Of a stretch of 64,000 nucleotides of DNA, positions 28,224 through 38,010 are shown one piece after another (positions within the stretch are counted from its first letter, which is position 1; each line of letters starts with the position of its first letter). Location of the stretch: NCBI GenBank assembly GCA_013388835.1, contig JACAEL010000071.1:9714-73713 (forward strand), written 5' to 3'. Both the position numbers and the translations under genes were made by a program. A model generated the notes under the pieces. It was not told the DNA's origin and searched no databases. It was given only the letters and a program-made list of their open reading frames with translations. This DNA comes from Candidatus Thorarchaeota archaeon (lineage in GTDB: Archaea; Asgardarchaeota; Thorarchaeia; Thorarchaeales; Thorarchaeaceae).

Positions 28224-29480
28224 TCACCGGCGTCTTTTGTCAAGCCGCTCAACGACCAAGTCAATCAGCCGTCGAGCAACGTCCCTCTTTGAGGCCATGG
28301 GTACGTGTTCCAGAAACCCGTCCTCTCCCACTATCACCACTTCGTTGGTGTCGGAGCCGAACGCTACACCTCTCTTGCGTTCGTCGTTTCCCACTACGAG
28401 GTTGCATACCCCTGACAGTATCTTCTCGCGTGCCTTTGACTCGAGTTCGGCCTCACTGACCCCTGACTCGACTTTGAAACCCACTATGAACAGGTCGCTG
28501 TACTTGCGTCTCACCGTGTCGATTATCTTCGGGGTGGAGACCAACCTCACAGTGTAGGACTCGCCCGACGGACGTTTCCTGTCCTCCCTCTCCTCAGGCT
28601 CGAAGTCGAGCACTGCAGCCGACGAGATGAACACGTCAGCCTTCCTGTCTGCTATCGAAGAGAGTACTGAGTCGAGCATCTCCTTGGCAGTCTCGACTCG
28701 GATGGTGTCTAGGTGTTCGGGAACAGGTTGGCTCGTGGGGCCAAGCACCAATACGACCTCTCCTCCTCTTGCAGCTATCTCTTTCGCTGTCTCAATGCCC
28801 ATCTTGCCAGTCGATGGATTGGTCATGAAGCGCACGCGGTCCAGCCAACCTCTGGTGGGACCAGCTGTCACAACGAAGCTGTGCCCAACAAGGTCTCTGG
28901 GTCCCAGTATCTCAAAGACGGTCTCGACGACGGCTTCCACCGAGGAGATCTTCGCCTTGGCCTCTTCCATTCTTGGCGCCACTACTCTCACTCCCATGTC
29001 CTTCAGTCTCTGAATGTTGGCCAAGACTGCGGGATGATCATAGAGGGACTTGTGCATGGCGGGCACGATCACCACCGGTATGTGTGCTCCTATCGCAGAG
29101 GACACTGTTGTTGTCACAGGCGTGTCGTCTATGCCATTAGCTATCTTACCTATCGTGTTCGCCGTCGAAGGAGCAACAAGGACAAGGTCCACATGCTCGG
29201 GGTGGTCTCCGGCCAGACTTACGTGCTCAATCTGTCCTGTAAGCTCGGTTATCACAGGGTTTCCTGTTGCCCACTCCAGCAAGAACGGGTGAATGATCTT
29301 CTGTGCGCTCTCGCTCATCACCGAGTAGACCTCTGCCCCATGACGCATCAATGTGCGTGACAGATTCACACACTCGACAGCTGCCACGCTTCCTGTGACA
29401 CAGAGGGCAATTGTCTTTCCTGCTAGTGTGCTGCTGAGGCTACCCACAATCAGCTTGGAAGTGTGTTTCATGGGGAGCAA
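28224..29480 (-). CDS. coaBC: Bifunctional phosphopantothenoylcysteine decarboxylase / phosphopantothenate-cysteine ligase
   Basis: N-terminal flavoprotein motifs (LCVTGSVAA, PAMH, VAPSTANTIGKIANGIDD) and the C-terminal CoaB domain. Confidence 0.85.
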   Translation of the reverse strand: MLPMKHTSKLIVGSLSSTLAGKTIALCVTGSVAAVECVNLSRTLMRHGAEVYSVMSESAQKIIHPFLLEWATGNPVITELTGQIEHVSLAGDHPEHVDLVLVAPSTANTIGKIANGIDDTPVTTTVSSAIGAHIPVVIVPAMHKSLYDHPAVLANIQRLKDMGVRVVAPRMEEAKAKISSVEAVVETVFEILGPRDLVGHSFVVTAGPTRGWLDRVRFMTNPSTGKMGIETAKEIAARGGEVVLVLGPTSQPVPEHLDTIRVETAKEMLDSVLSSIADRKADVFISSAAVLDFEPEEREDRKRPSGESYTVRLVSTPKIIDTVRRKYSDLFIVGFKVESGVSEAELESKAREKILSGVCNLVVGNDERKRGVAFGSDTNEVVIVGEDGFLEHVPMASKRDVARRLIDLVVERLDKRRR

Positions 29481-29874
29481 ACTGACACCCTGTCATCAAG
29501 TCGGGAGCGCGTACTATTAACTTATCTGACCTCACCATCCGAGAATGGTACGCTGTACGCTCGTGTTTGCCTAATCTCCTCTCGTATACCTCATCGTCGC
29601 GTTTGTGCGTCGGTTTCCATGAACTCGAGACCTGCGTATGTGACTGTCGTTGGTGCGCTGCAGTAGTCTTCGGAGGGATTCCGCCGCCCGTCTGGACACT
29701 CCGGGCGGTGTCAATCTGGTAGTATGTACCACATGGCTCCTCTTGGCAGGAATATGGCTTCCGTGGATTGGATGCCCAACAGACTCAACAACATATCGGC
29801 CGTGTCATACCTACTCGTTGATGAGTAGCATGGTGTGCTTGAGCAAAGAATATATGCGCCAAGATTGGTGAGCG

Positions 29875-30834
29875 ATGGCAGTCTGCACTGCAGCCAGCCC
29901 CTGTTCAGACTTTAGAGGCATGCTCTGTGATTCAGGATTCCACACGTATGCCGCGCGCTTGGTGCTGAGACCTAGTTCGGAGGTGATTGAGAGAGCGTTG
30001 GCAAGGTCCTTAGACTGGGATGAGGTCCTTGGTGGTCTTTCACAGGAGAAGCGGGCTCGCTACATGGCATACGCAGAAGTTCTCGACTCGCTGGGAACGC
30101 CAAACCAGTCGATGTTCGTCTTGGACAGTGACAGCGAGTTTGACACATTCGACCGCGACTTCAGGGAGTTTCTCGCTCTCAGCGGGCGCGTGCCAAGTGA
30201 CAAGAAAGACCCTCCCTATCACGTCGTGAGGGTGGGTTATGATGGTGATATGCTCGACGACATGTTCCGAGTTGTGATCTCTCACGAGTCCAAGAACTTC
30301 AATCCTGCGAGACTGGACTCAAACATGCTCTACTCTAAACAGGCAATCTTCCAGCATCTCTACAACATCATCACCAAGGATCGGTTTGTCGTATTTCATG
30401 TCACGGAGTTTCCTCTGGCCTACTACTTCGAAACCGCTGTTGTAGTGGATGTTGAAGACCTCTCCGATGTCATGGACCAGACTGTGCATGACGAGACGAT
30501 CATGAGATACCTGAATGACCTCCGCAGACTTGGCCCGGACGAGCATCGCAAGACTTACAGCTTCTTCTACAGGATTAGCACCTCCCTCCTGATGGAGCTG
30601 TCCAATGCATTCCTGGTGGTTCCCACTGCAGAGATGAGCCGCCACATTGTGGTGACCAGCTGGCGCACGCAGACTCTTCTCTTGGGATTCAGCCCTCTCA
30701 CATGGTCCTCTGGCAGTTTCAGAATGTACGACTTGAGCGGTCGTGATATCGACGGCCGGTGGGCCTTCCCTGTTGCTTCCACCAGCGATGACCCGCGTGA
30801 GAAGGGCTACACTCGGCTGGTGCCTCTTGACTGA
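29875..30834 (+). CDS. Hypothetical protein embedded in the CoA biosynthesis locus
   Basis: 319-aa ORF with protein-like composition and no recognisable motif. Confidence 0.35.
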   Translation: MAVCTAASPCSDFRGMLCDSGFHTYAARLVLRPSSEVIERALARSLDWDEVLGGLSQEKRARYMAYAEVLDSLGTPNQSMFVLDSDSEFDTFDRDFREFLALSGRVPSDKKDPPYHVVRVGYDGDMLDDMFRVVISHESKNFNPARLDSNMLYSKQAIFQHLYNIITKDRFVVFHVTEFPLAYYFETAVVVDVEDLSDVMDQTVHDETIMRYLNDLRRLGPDEHRKTYSFFYRISTSLLMELSNAFLVVPTAEMSRHIVVTSWRTQTLLLGFSPLTWSSGSFRMYDLSGRDIDGRWAFPVASTSDDPREKGYTRLVPLD

Positions 30835-30931
30835 GCACAGGCCGCCATGTATATACACGTATATCCTGACTGGTGTCATCAATGAATGCATTTATACATG
30901 GCTTCTCAACACCTTCAATGAACGAGAAGCC

Positions 30932-31852
30932 ATGTCCTCGACTGAATTTGTCCGGTCATTTGTCCCCGGACATGTCACAGGTCTGTTCAGAATCATGGAC
31001 GGACCCGAGGACCCTTTGCAACGTGGTTCAGTCGGCGGGGGCTTCTCTGTAGAAATGGGAACGCTGACGACAGTGGCGTTGGAGCATCGCAATGAGACCA
31101 CGATTGATGTGTTCTACAACGGGACACCAATAGACGCTCCAGTGACACGTATGGTGGTAAAGAGAATGCTTGACGAGTCTGGCTCCGAACATGTCCATGT
31201 GACAGTGCGCCACGAGTCCGCACTGCAGATAGGGGCCGGGCTTGGGGCATCAGGAGCAGGGGCTCTCGGTACAGCCCTGTCTCTTGGAGAAGCCCTTGGA
31301 CAACACATGACTGTGAACGATGCTGCGCGTCATGCCCACAGTGCCGAAGTCCTGAACCGCACTGGTCTGGGCGATGTAATAGGTCAGGTTGTTGGCGGCG
31401 TAGAGGTGAGGTTGAAGCCTGGTGCTCCGGGGATAGGGCAGGCAGTACGTCTGGAATACCCCCGGGATATGCATGTCGTGTTGGCTGCCGCGAGCGGGAT
31501 TGAGACAAAGGCCGTACTCAGTGACCAAGACAAGCGGAAGCGCATCAATGAGTCCGGTGGCAGGCTGGTCGCTGATCTCCATCGGAGTCCTTCATTCGAG
31601 ACACTGATTGCAAAGTCTCGGGAGTTCACTGAGGCGACCGGTCTGTCTGCTCCTCGCGTTAGGAAGGCGCTCAAGCTCCTCTACGATGCAGGGTTTGAGG
31701 ACTCAAGCATGGTAATGCTTGGCGACTCGGTGTTCTGTTTCTGCGACGATGGGAGTGTACCGCGTGTGATCGATCTGCTCTGTAGACTGTGGCCCAGGTC
31801 CGAGGTACATGACACACACATTGCAGAAGTGGGAGGGCGTGTCCTGAGATGA
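30932..31852 (+). CDS. Pantoate kinase (archaeal GHMP-family, PoK)
   Basis: GHMP-kinase N-terminal block SFVPGHVTGLF, Gly-rich GAGLGASGAGALGTA. Position immediately upstream of PPS. Start at the internal ATG at 30932. Confidence 0.65.
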   Translation: MSSTEFVRSFVPGHVTGLFRIMDGPEDPLQRGSVGGGFSVEMGTLTTVALEHRNETTIDVFYNGTPIDAPVTRMVVKRMLDESGSEHVHVTVRHESALQIGAGLGASGAGALGTALSLGEALGQHMTVNDAARHAHSAEVLNRTGLGDVIGQVVGGVEVRLKPGAPGIGQAVRLEYPRDMHVVLAAASGIETKAVLSDQDKRKRINESGGRLVADLHRSPSFETLIAKSREFTEATGLSAPRVRKALKLLYDAGFEDSSMVMLGDSVFCFCDDGSVPRVIDLLCRLWPRSEVHDTHIAEVGGRVLR

Positions 31853-32667
31853 CCAGCACTGAGATTCCACATGATCACCCCCGAAGGGTCTCCCTGGAGA
31901 TTCGTCACAGGATAATAGAGGGACACAGAGCCAGTGTTGTGGCCACTGCAGGGCTGCTAGCGCATGGTCGTGGCGAGGCATTCGACTACTTGATTGGAGA
32001 ACGCACAACAGAAGTGGCTCGAATCGCCTCTCAAGTTGCGGTCGCGCACATGCTCTTGGCGAAACACCCAGTGATTAGTGTCAACGGAAACGCATGTTCG
32101 CTAGTGGCAAGAGACCTTGTGACCCTCTCCAATCTCACAGGCGCACCCCTCGAAGTCAACCTGTTCTACTACTCACCCGAGCGCGAGGATGCCATTGTCC
32201 ATGCTCTGAGGGAGGCTGGCGCATCAGAAGTCTTGGGCACCAGAGACCGTCCATCTGTCACGATTCCAGAGCTAAGTAGCAACAGGCGGAAGGTCGACCC
32301 GGAGGGTATTGGCGGAGCTGATGTTGTTCTGGTGCCGCTTGAAGACGGCGACCGAACAGAGGCACTCCGAAGAGTCGGCAAGATGGTCCTTGCAATCGAC
32401 CTCAATCCGATGAGCCGGACCTCAGTCCATGCGAACGTCACGGTTGTAGACAACATCGTCCGTGCCCTTCCGTTGATGGTGGAATTCGCACGAGACCTGT
32501 CCAATGCAGACACTTCGACTCTCAGACGCATAACCACCCACTTCGACAATGCTGAGAACCTGAGAGAGTCTGTTGACATTATGCTTCAGCATCTACAGGA
32601 GTGGGCTCTTTCGTTGCACACACAGTCTGGAGAAACCTTGAGAAGCAGGGAGGTTCAGACACGATGA
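31849..32667 (+). CDS. 4-phosphopantoate-beta-alanine ligase (archaeal phosphopantothenate synthetase, PPS)
   Basis: LLAHGRGEAFDYLIGE matches the archaeal PPS/COG1701 family. ATGA overlap with both neighbouring genes. Confidence 0.7.
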   Translation: MTSTEIPHDHPRRVSLEIRHRIIEGHRASVVATAGLLAHGRGEAFDYLIGERTTEVARIASQVAVAHMLLAKHPVISVNGNACSLVARDLVTLSNLTGAPLEVNLFYYSPEREDAIVHALREAGASEVLGTRDRPSVTIPELSSNRRKVDPEGIGGADVVLVPLEDGDRTEALRRVGKMVLAIDLNPMSRTSVHANVTVVDNIVRALPLMVEFARDLSNADTSTLRRITTHFDNAENLRESVDIMLQHLQEWALSLHTQSGETLRSREVQTR

Positions 32668-33650
32668 AACTGGTCTTCGTAGGCGCGGGAGCAGTCGGCT
32701 GCATGTATGGCGGTATGTTGCTGCTTTCCGGTCACCATGTCACCTTTGTAGGTAGACCCCCGCACACAGATGCAGTCCGAGAGCACGGTCTACATGTCAG
32801 CGGCGTTATGGGCGACCACGTCCTGCACCCGCAGATAACAGACGATGCGTCCACCATATCTCGCGCCGATTTCGTCTTCATCACAACCAAGGCGTATGAC
32901 ACCTTGGAAGCTGCTCGAGAGATTCGTCATCTGGTGGATTCAGGGTCATACGTTGTCATTCTTCAGAACGGCATAGGAACTGAGAGGGCTGTCGCGAGTG
33001 AGCTTCACACTACAAGAGTGATACGTGCTACAACCTGTGCCGGTGCCAGGAAGACCAGTCACAACGAAGTGGTCATCACAGGTTTCGGTGTCACGGAGAT
33101 TGGCACGCACTATCCCGAGCATCAGGACGCCACTCAGACCGTAGCCTCCCTAATCGAGAAGGCAGGCTTCCCTGTCAGGGCATCGGCAAACCTTGATGGA
33201 CTGGTATGGACCAAGACAATCGTGAACTGTGGCATCAATCCCGTCGGTGCCCTGACAGGAATGACAAACGGGGAGATTCACGACTGTCTCTCTCTCCGAC
33301 CGGTCGTCATAGGTCTAGTTGACGAGGCGACCCGTGTTGCCCGTGCGATGGGCATTCACTTGACCACTGATGACCCTGTCCGCTACACACTTGGGACAGC
33401 CAAGGCTACCGCGAGCAACATCAACTCGATGCTTCAAGACCTAAGAGCAGGGAAGCGTACCGAGATTGACCACATGACGGGTGCTGTCGTACGTCTCGGA
33501 CGAGAGCTGGGCGTCCCAGTCCCTCTGAGTGAGGCGGTATACGCTCTTGTGACCGCTCTTGAGTCGAAGGTCCGTTCTCGCCAACAGAGGCTCTCTCGTG
33601 AGGAAACACTGACCCCAGAGCGGCTTATCCAAGAGCTGACATCTAGCTGA
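32664..33650 (+). CDS. panE: 2-dehydropantoate 2-reductase (ketopantoate reductase)
   Basis: N-terminal Rossmann MKLVFVGAGAVGCMYG, ApbA/PanE pattern. Start at the ATG at 32664, which overlaps the PPS stop. Confidence 0.75.
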   Translation: MKLVFVGAGAVGCMYGGMLLLSGHHVTFVGRPPHTDAVREHGLHVSGVMGDHVLHPQITDDASTISRADFVFITTKAYDTLEAAREIRHLVDSGSYVVILQNGIGTERAVASELHTTRVIRATTCAGARKTSHNEVVITGFGVTEIGTHYPEHQDATQTVASLIEKAGFPVRASANLDGLVWTKTIVNCGINPVGALTGMTNGEIHDCLSLRPVVIGLVDEATRVARAMGIHLTTDDPVRYTLGTAKATASNINSMLQDLRAGKRTEIDHMTGAVVRLGRELGVPVPLSEAVYALVTALESKVRSRQQRLSREETLTPERLIQELTSS

Positions 33651-34320
33651 ACATGGCCTTTGCCATCTCATATGAGCGGAGCGCTGCTCTCGTTCCTCCG
33701 TGTCTGATTGATCCCATGTGACCGGCAAGAGCAATGTCAAAGTCAATCTGCGCGACTCTACGGAGCGACTCCACCAGCTGCTTCGGGTCTCCCGTTGGAA
33801 AGTCTACCCGGCCAAAGCTGCCTCCCGGAAACATGGTGTCCCCTGTGATCAATAGGCGAAGGGACTCTTCGTGAAGGCATATGCTTCCTATCGAGTGACC
33901 TGGGGTGTGGTGAACCTTGAGACGAATGTCACCAAAACTGAGGACTTGATCCTGCTCCAGTGGCTGACTGATTTTGAACTTGGGCAGTGTCCCCCCGAAA
34001 GTGTCTGCAAGTGTGAGGTGCATGTCGCCTGCGTTTATCCTGTCGGCCTCTGACTTGTGCAGATATGTCCTCAGTCCGCTGTTCTTCAACAGGTGCACCA
34101 CTCCTCCGATGTGGTCGATGTGAGAGTGCGTAAACACAACATCGGTTATGCCTTCCAGCGATGCTCCAACGTCCCGGAGTGCCCTATCCAGCATGTCCGG
34201 GTATAGCCCCGTTCCTGTGTCGACTAGCACTTGGTGGTCTCCACAGTCTATGTATACTACGTTGCTATCGAAAGAATAGCTCTCATTGAAGTAGACAGGT
34301 CCAACTATGTTCTCAAACAA
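33643..34320 (-). CDS. MBL-fold metallohydrolase (glyoxalase-II-like)
   Basis: HSHIDH (HxHxDH) motif and downstream His/Asp ligands. Confidence 0.75.
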   Translation of the reverse strand: MFENIVGPVYFNESYSFDSNVVYIDCGDHQVLVDTGTGLYPDMLDRALRDVGASLEGITDVVFTHSHIDHIGGVVHLLKNSGLRTYLHKSEADRINAGDMHLTLADTFGGTLPKFKISQPLEQDQVLSFGDIRLKVHHTPGHSIGSICLHEESLRLLITGDTMFPGGSFGRVDFPTGDPKQLVESLRRVAQIDFDIALAGHMGSIRHGGTRAALRSYEMAKAMFS

Positions 34321-34324
34321 GTTA

Positions 34325-35449
34325 TCACCTTAGTTGTTCTACGAGTCTGTCAATATCCGCCACGGTGTTGTAGAAGTGAGGTGACACTCTGAGCCTCCCG
34401 TTTCTTACGGAGCAGTGTATGCGGTGATTGAACAGTCGCTTGTTTACCTCATCAGCGTTTTCCACCTTGCACGAGACAATGGGCGAGTTGTTCTTCTCTC
34501 CAAACTCGTAGTATGGTATACGCAGTTCTCTTAGCCTCTTTCGCAAGTGGTCTGCACACTCCATGGCCGCCCTCTCACGAACCTTGGCCGGAAGAGCAAG
34601 AAGGACGTCGAGTGAGGGCTGAATCCCAACGAACGCCATCATCGCTGGAGAGCCAATCTGGAACTTCCTCGCATCTCCAAGTGGCCTCTTGTCCTTGTAT
34701 GTGAAGTCCTCAACACCCTCAACACCCCACCATCCGAGATATCGGGGTGTGAACCGCTCCATCGCCCTGTCTGAGACATACACGAATCCCGCGCCTATGG
34801 GCCCTATCATCCATTTGGCTGCTTGAGCAGCTGCAAAGTCAACTCCCGCATCCACTAGGCTGTAGTCCGCCCAACCTGCTGACTGAATCACATCTGCAAC
34901 TAGGAGTCCGCCCCTCTTGTGTACCTCCTCTGAGATTCGCTTGAGGTCCATCCTGTATCCTGATCCAAACTGCACATGACTCACCGCGACAACGGCCGTA
35001 TTGTCATCCATCATCCTGACAAAATCGTCAACTGAAGCCGCTCCGTCATGAGACCTGACGACACGGAGCTCTGCTCCGTAGAGTCTTGAGGCCTGCTGCC
35101 AAGGTATGTAGTTTGAGGGAAACTCGAGGTCACATATCACGATGTTTGAACCCTTCGGATAGTTGATTCCCTGTGCTGCTGCGTTTAGGCCGTCGCTTGT
35201 ACTTGTGACAAGTCCGTAGTTCTCTGTCTTCCCGCCGAGGAGCTTGGCCAACTTGCTCCTCACTGCTTTGAAGAGATCTAGGGTCTCCTGAAAGCTTCCA
35301 ATCGCCTTTGAGCTGTTCTCAAGGTATTCTACCACTGCTTCCCTCATGGAGACTGGTGCGATACCCGTTGAGGCTGTGTTGAGGTAGGTCATATCCTTGA
35401 GGGTGGGAAAGTTGGACTCGACGAAGGACTCTGCCACGATAGGGGTCAT
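34325..35449 (-). CDS. Class-V aminotransferase fold PLP-dependent enzyme (cysteine-desulfurase-like)
   Basis: Fold-type I class-V pattern with SHVQFGSG; 374 aa. Confidence 0.7.
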   Translation of the reverse strand: MTPIVAESFVESNFPTLKDMTYLNTASTGIAPVSMREAVVEYLENSSKAIGSFQETLDLFKAVRSKLAKLLGGKTENYGLVTSTSDGLNAAAQGINYPKGSNIVICDLEFPSNYIPWQQASRLYGAELRVVRSHDGAASVDDFVRMMDDNTAVVAVSHVQFGSGYRMDLKRISEEVHKRGGLLVADVIQSAGWADYSLVDAGVDFAAAQAAKWMIGPIGAGFVYVSDRAMERFTPRYLGWWGVEGVEDFTYKDKRPLGDARKFQIGSPAMMAFVGIQPSLDVLLALPAKVRERAAMECADHLRKRLRELRIPYYEFGEKNNSPIVSCKVENADEVNKRLFNHRIHCSVRNGRLRVSPHFYNTVADIDRLVEQLR

Positions 35450-35863
35450 GCGCCGTGCACAGTTGAATGTACAAGATAAACCTCACTGGATGTCGAAGTC
35501 AGTCTCGACACCGAAGATTTAAGACACGTGTGCAATCCGTAAATACCCGCGAGTGGATGGTACGTGTTCCGGAGGTTGCTGACGCGTTTGAAGCGTTCAC
35601 CAAAGGTAATGACTCCAGAGGACTCCAAGCTCACATCTGCGCCATCAACCCCTGACGCACCGACGTCTTCGACCACTGAAGCCCGGATGTCTTCTACCAC
35701 CGAAGCCCCCTCGACCCCCCTCCCTGCTCCGCTTCCTGGGGAGAGGCGGACTGTGACACCTATGGGCACGCTAGTGGCATCATCACAGGACCTGAGTATT
35801 GACGCCACCAGCACAGCCAACAGGGCGAAGGCAGCGCAGGTCCGACCCCAGAGGGTTGTTGAC

Positions 35864-36442
35864 ATGGTCCCTGGACAGGCACTGAAGCGCGACGCTGAAG
35901 GTCGCATACATCTCAAGATTGTCTTCTATGGTCCGTCTCTGTCAGGCAAGACTACTGCGCTTCGCTGGCTCTTCGCCAATGTGAGGTCACTCTCAAAGAG
36001 CAAGATCGTGGAGATTGGAGACGAGCTTGGACGAACGACATTCTTTGACTTCATTCCGGTTGCCGCCAGTGACAAGATAGTATTCGACGTGTTCACAGTG
36101 GCAGGTCAGCGAAGGCATGCTCAAAGCAGAATCTTCGTGCTGAGAGATGCTGATGGAATAATCTTCATGGCTGACTCGAGGCCGGAGGCAATGAACGAGA
36201 ACCTTGCGTCCATACAGGAGCTGAGGATTGCTCTTGGTACTGATAAGATGGTCTCAATACCCATCATCATAGCACTCAACAAGAGGGACTTGCCAAACGC
36301 GCTCCCTGTGAACTACATGATCGAGGCGTTGGATGCTGAGGGACTGCCCTATTTCCCAACGATTGCTACCGATGGTATGAATCTGCTCAGGATGTTCCAG
36401 CGAGTACTGAGAGATGCACTCATCTTCAAAGTGGGTATCTAG
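35864..36442 (+). CDS. MglA-like small GTPase (orphan; possible Ser/Thr/Pro-rich N-terminal extension from 35564)
   Basis: KIVFYGPSLSGKTT P-loop, TVAGQRRH G3, NKRD G4. Start assigned to the ATG at 35864; the longer ORF begins at 35564. Confidence 0.65.
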   Translation: MVPGQALKRDAEGRIHLKIVFYGPSLSGKTTALRWLFANVRSLSKSKIVEIGDELGRTTFFDFIPVAASDKIVFDVFTVAGQRRHAQSRIFVLRDADGIIFMADSRPEAMNENLASIQELRIALGTDKMVSIPIIIALNKRDLPNALPVNYMIEALDAEGLPYFPTIATDGMNLLRMFQRVLRDALIFKVGI

Positions 36443-37167
36443 CTCATAGGTAGTTGTCCTAGTTGCAGCTGCTCGATGAGCTGAATGAGCTCCTCTGATG
36501 CCTGTTCCATGATGAGCCTGCCCTTCTCAGCTGATGCCTTTGTCGGGTCGCCAAACACCGCCTTCGGATAGAGTTCCTGTCTGTAGTTGCCAGATATGAT
36601 CTTGAACTTCGGAGTCACTCTCGAAGCTGGAGGTGGTGGACCCACGACAAGTTCCGGACGCACATGCATCACCTCGGATGTCTCATCTTCGGCCGCGTGT
36701 CCCTCAGGAGTCTCCAGCACAATCTGTCTGGCGGACTTTGCCAGGTCAACCCACCAGTTGACTATTATGACCGCTCTCTCCGCATTGAGAGTCGTCTTCT
36801 TTGCAGCCTCTTGAAGCGCTGAGACATTGCCTCCGTGACCGTTCAGTGCCACAATGTACCTGAAACCATGTCTAAACACCGCGGACATTACCTCTGCGTA
36901 CAGCTCTGTGAGCGTCTTGGTGCTCACAGAGACCGTGCCTGAGAACTCGTCAAACCACCAGCTGTCTCCGAACGGTATCGGAGGCAGAACTAGTGCATTT
37001 GTCTTGGTTGCGACGACTCCGGCCAGATACTGCGGCAATATGATATCTGTACCAAGTGGCAAGTGAGTGCCGTGTGCCTCTACTGCCCCCGTCTGCATGA
37101 CAGCTACCTCAGTCTCACGCATTGCTCTCGTGAAGCCCACGTTTGTGAGGTCCATCCAGAATGGCAT
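36439..37167 (-). CDS. Creatininase-family amidohydrolase (ArfB-like)
   Basis: Conserved EAHGTHLPLGTD and ALNGHGGN motifs. Confidence 0.7.
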   Translation of the reverse strand: MPFWMDLTNVGFTRAMRETEVAVMQTGAVEAHGTHLPLGTDIILPQYLAGVVATKTNALVLPPIPFGDSWWFDEFSGTVSVSTKTLTELYAEVMSAVFRHGFRYIVALNGHGGNVSALQEAAKKTTLNAERAVIIVNWWVDLAKSARQIVLETPEGHAAEDETSEVMHVRPELVVGPPPPASRVTPKFKIISGNYRQELYPKAVFGDPTKASAEKGRLIMEQASEELIQLIEQLQLGQLPMS

Positions 37168-37516
37168 CTTCTCTATGGTGTCGGTTGACTTCGCATTTAA
37201 TTAACCTTCGGGACATTGAGCTGTATCGGCTTGCGCAACCGGTATGCTGATAACCGGACTGTTGTCGGCTGCGACACATATGCCTAGTGCTCAGGTCTGG
37301 GCCCACTGGCTACAACACGAGTTCTGATGGAGACTTTCGTTACATCTTGACTCAGAAGGCCAGACACTGTCAAGTGGAAAGGGTCCGGGAGGTGTCGTAT
37401 GCTATGCTGGCGCTGCGTGTCCACACTGAACTCGCATTCGAGGCTGTACGACCGAAAAGATTTTAGTGCCCACTTCAGTGGTTGAAGTGACGGTTGGATT
37501 CGTTGTTTCCAACCAC

Positions 37517-37619
37517 AGCCCCGTGGTGTAGCGGTCCATCATCAGCGGCTCTGGTGTGCGCGAGGTCATATCACGCACAGAGACCCCGCTGGACCCAGGT
37601 TCGAGTCCTGGCGGGGCTA
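37517..37619 (+). tRNA. tRNA-Gln (anticodon CTG) with a 30-nt intron at 37/38; CCA encoded at 37620-37622
   Basis: Manual fold. Acceptor AGCCCCG/CGGGGCT (A1:U72), D-loop AGCGGTCC with G18G19, anticodon stem AGCGG/CCGCT, loop CU-CUG-G then a 30-nt insert, variable loop GGAC, T-arm CCAGG-TTCGAGT-CCTGG, discriminator A. Confidence 0.7.
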
Positions 37620-37764
37620 CCACTCCTTCTATTCTGGACGTCCATCTTATGACTCTCACTCGCAGGCGAATCTGTCATCAGCCTTCTGTCTCTATTCTGC
37701 TTCTGGTTATCATGAGCGACAGAGAGTCTTGTACTGACTTGTGCCATTACTCGAAGGATCCTGC

Positions 37765-37773
37765 TTTTTTTTT
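37765..37773 (+). terminator. Poly-T tract (T9), possible archaeal termination signal
   Basis: T9 run seen directly, 145 nt downstream of the tRNA. Confidence 0.2.
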
Positions 37774-38010
37774 CGTCTAATGCCTCCCTAAAGAAGACAA
37801 CCCGCAGATTTATAGGGCAAAAGCTCATCAATTGCATTGGAACAAAGCGACCCGTAGTAATGATTCTTCATTGATTCCTGTAGCATGAGTCTGCGTCCCT
37901 CCCGGCGGAGATTCACAGGGCGGGTCGCTCCCCATGTTCCATGACAGGCTTGCAGGAAGAAGCAAGATTCATATCGGCATGTCCCCCTCCCCGGTCTGGA
38001 TGGAAGCAGT

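Noticed and set aside
30993-32008. Several minus-strand ORFs of 60-170 aa
   Set aside because: Antisense to the pantoate kinase and PPS genes. Arg/Pro/Ser-rich shadow-frame composition.
35446-35916. 156-aa minus-strand ORF overlapping the GTPase upstream region
   Set aside because: Gly/Ser/Val-rich repetitive translation and no motif. More likely the antisense of a low-complexity or promoter region. It cannot be fully excluded.
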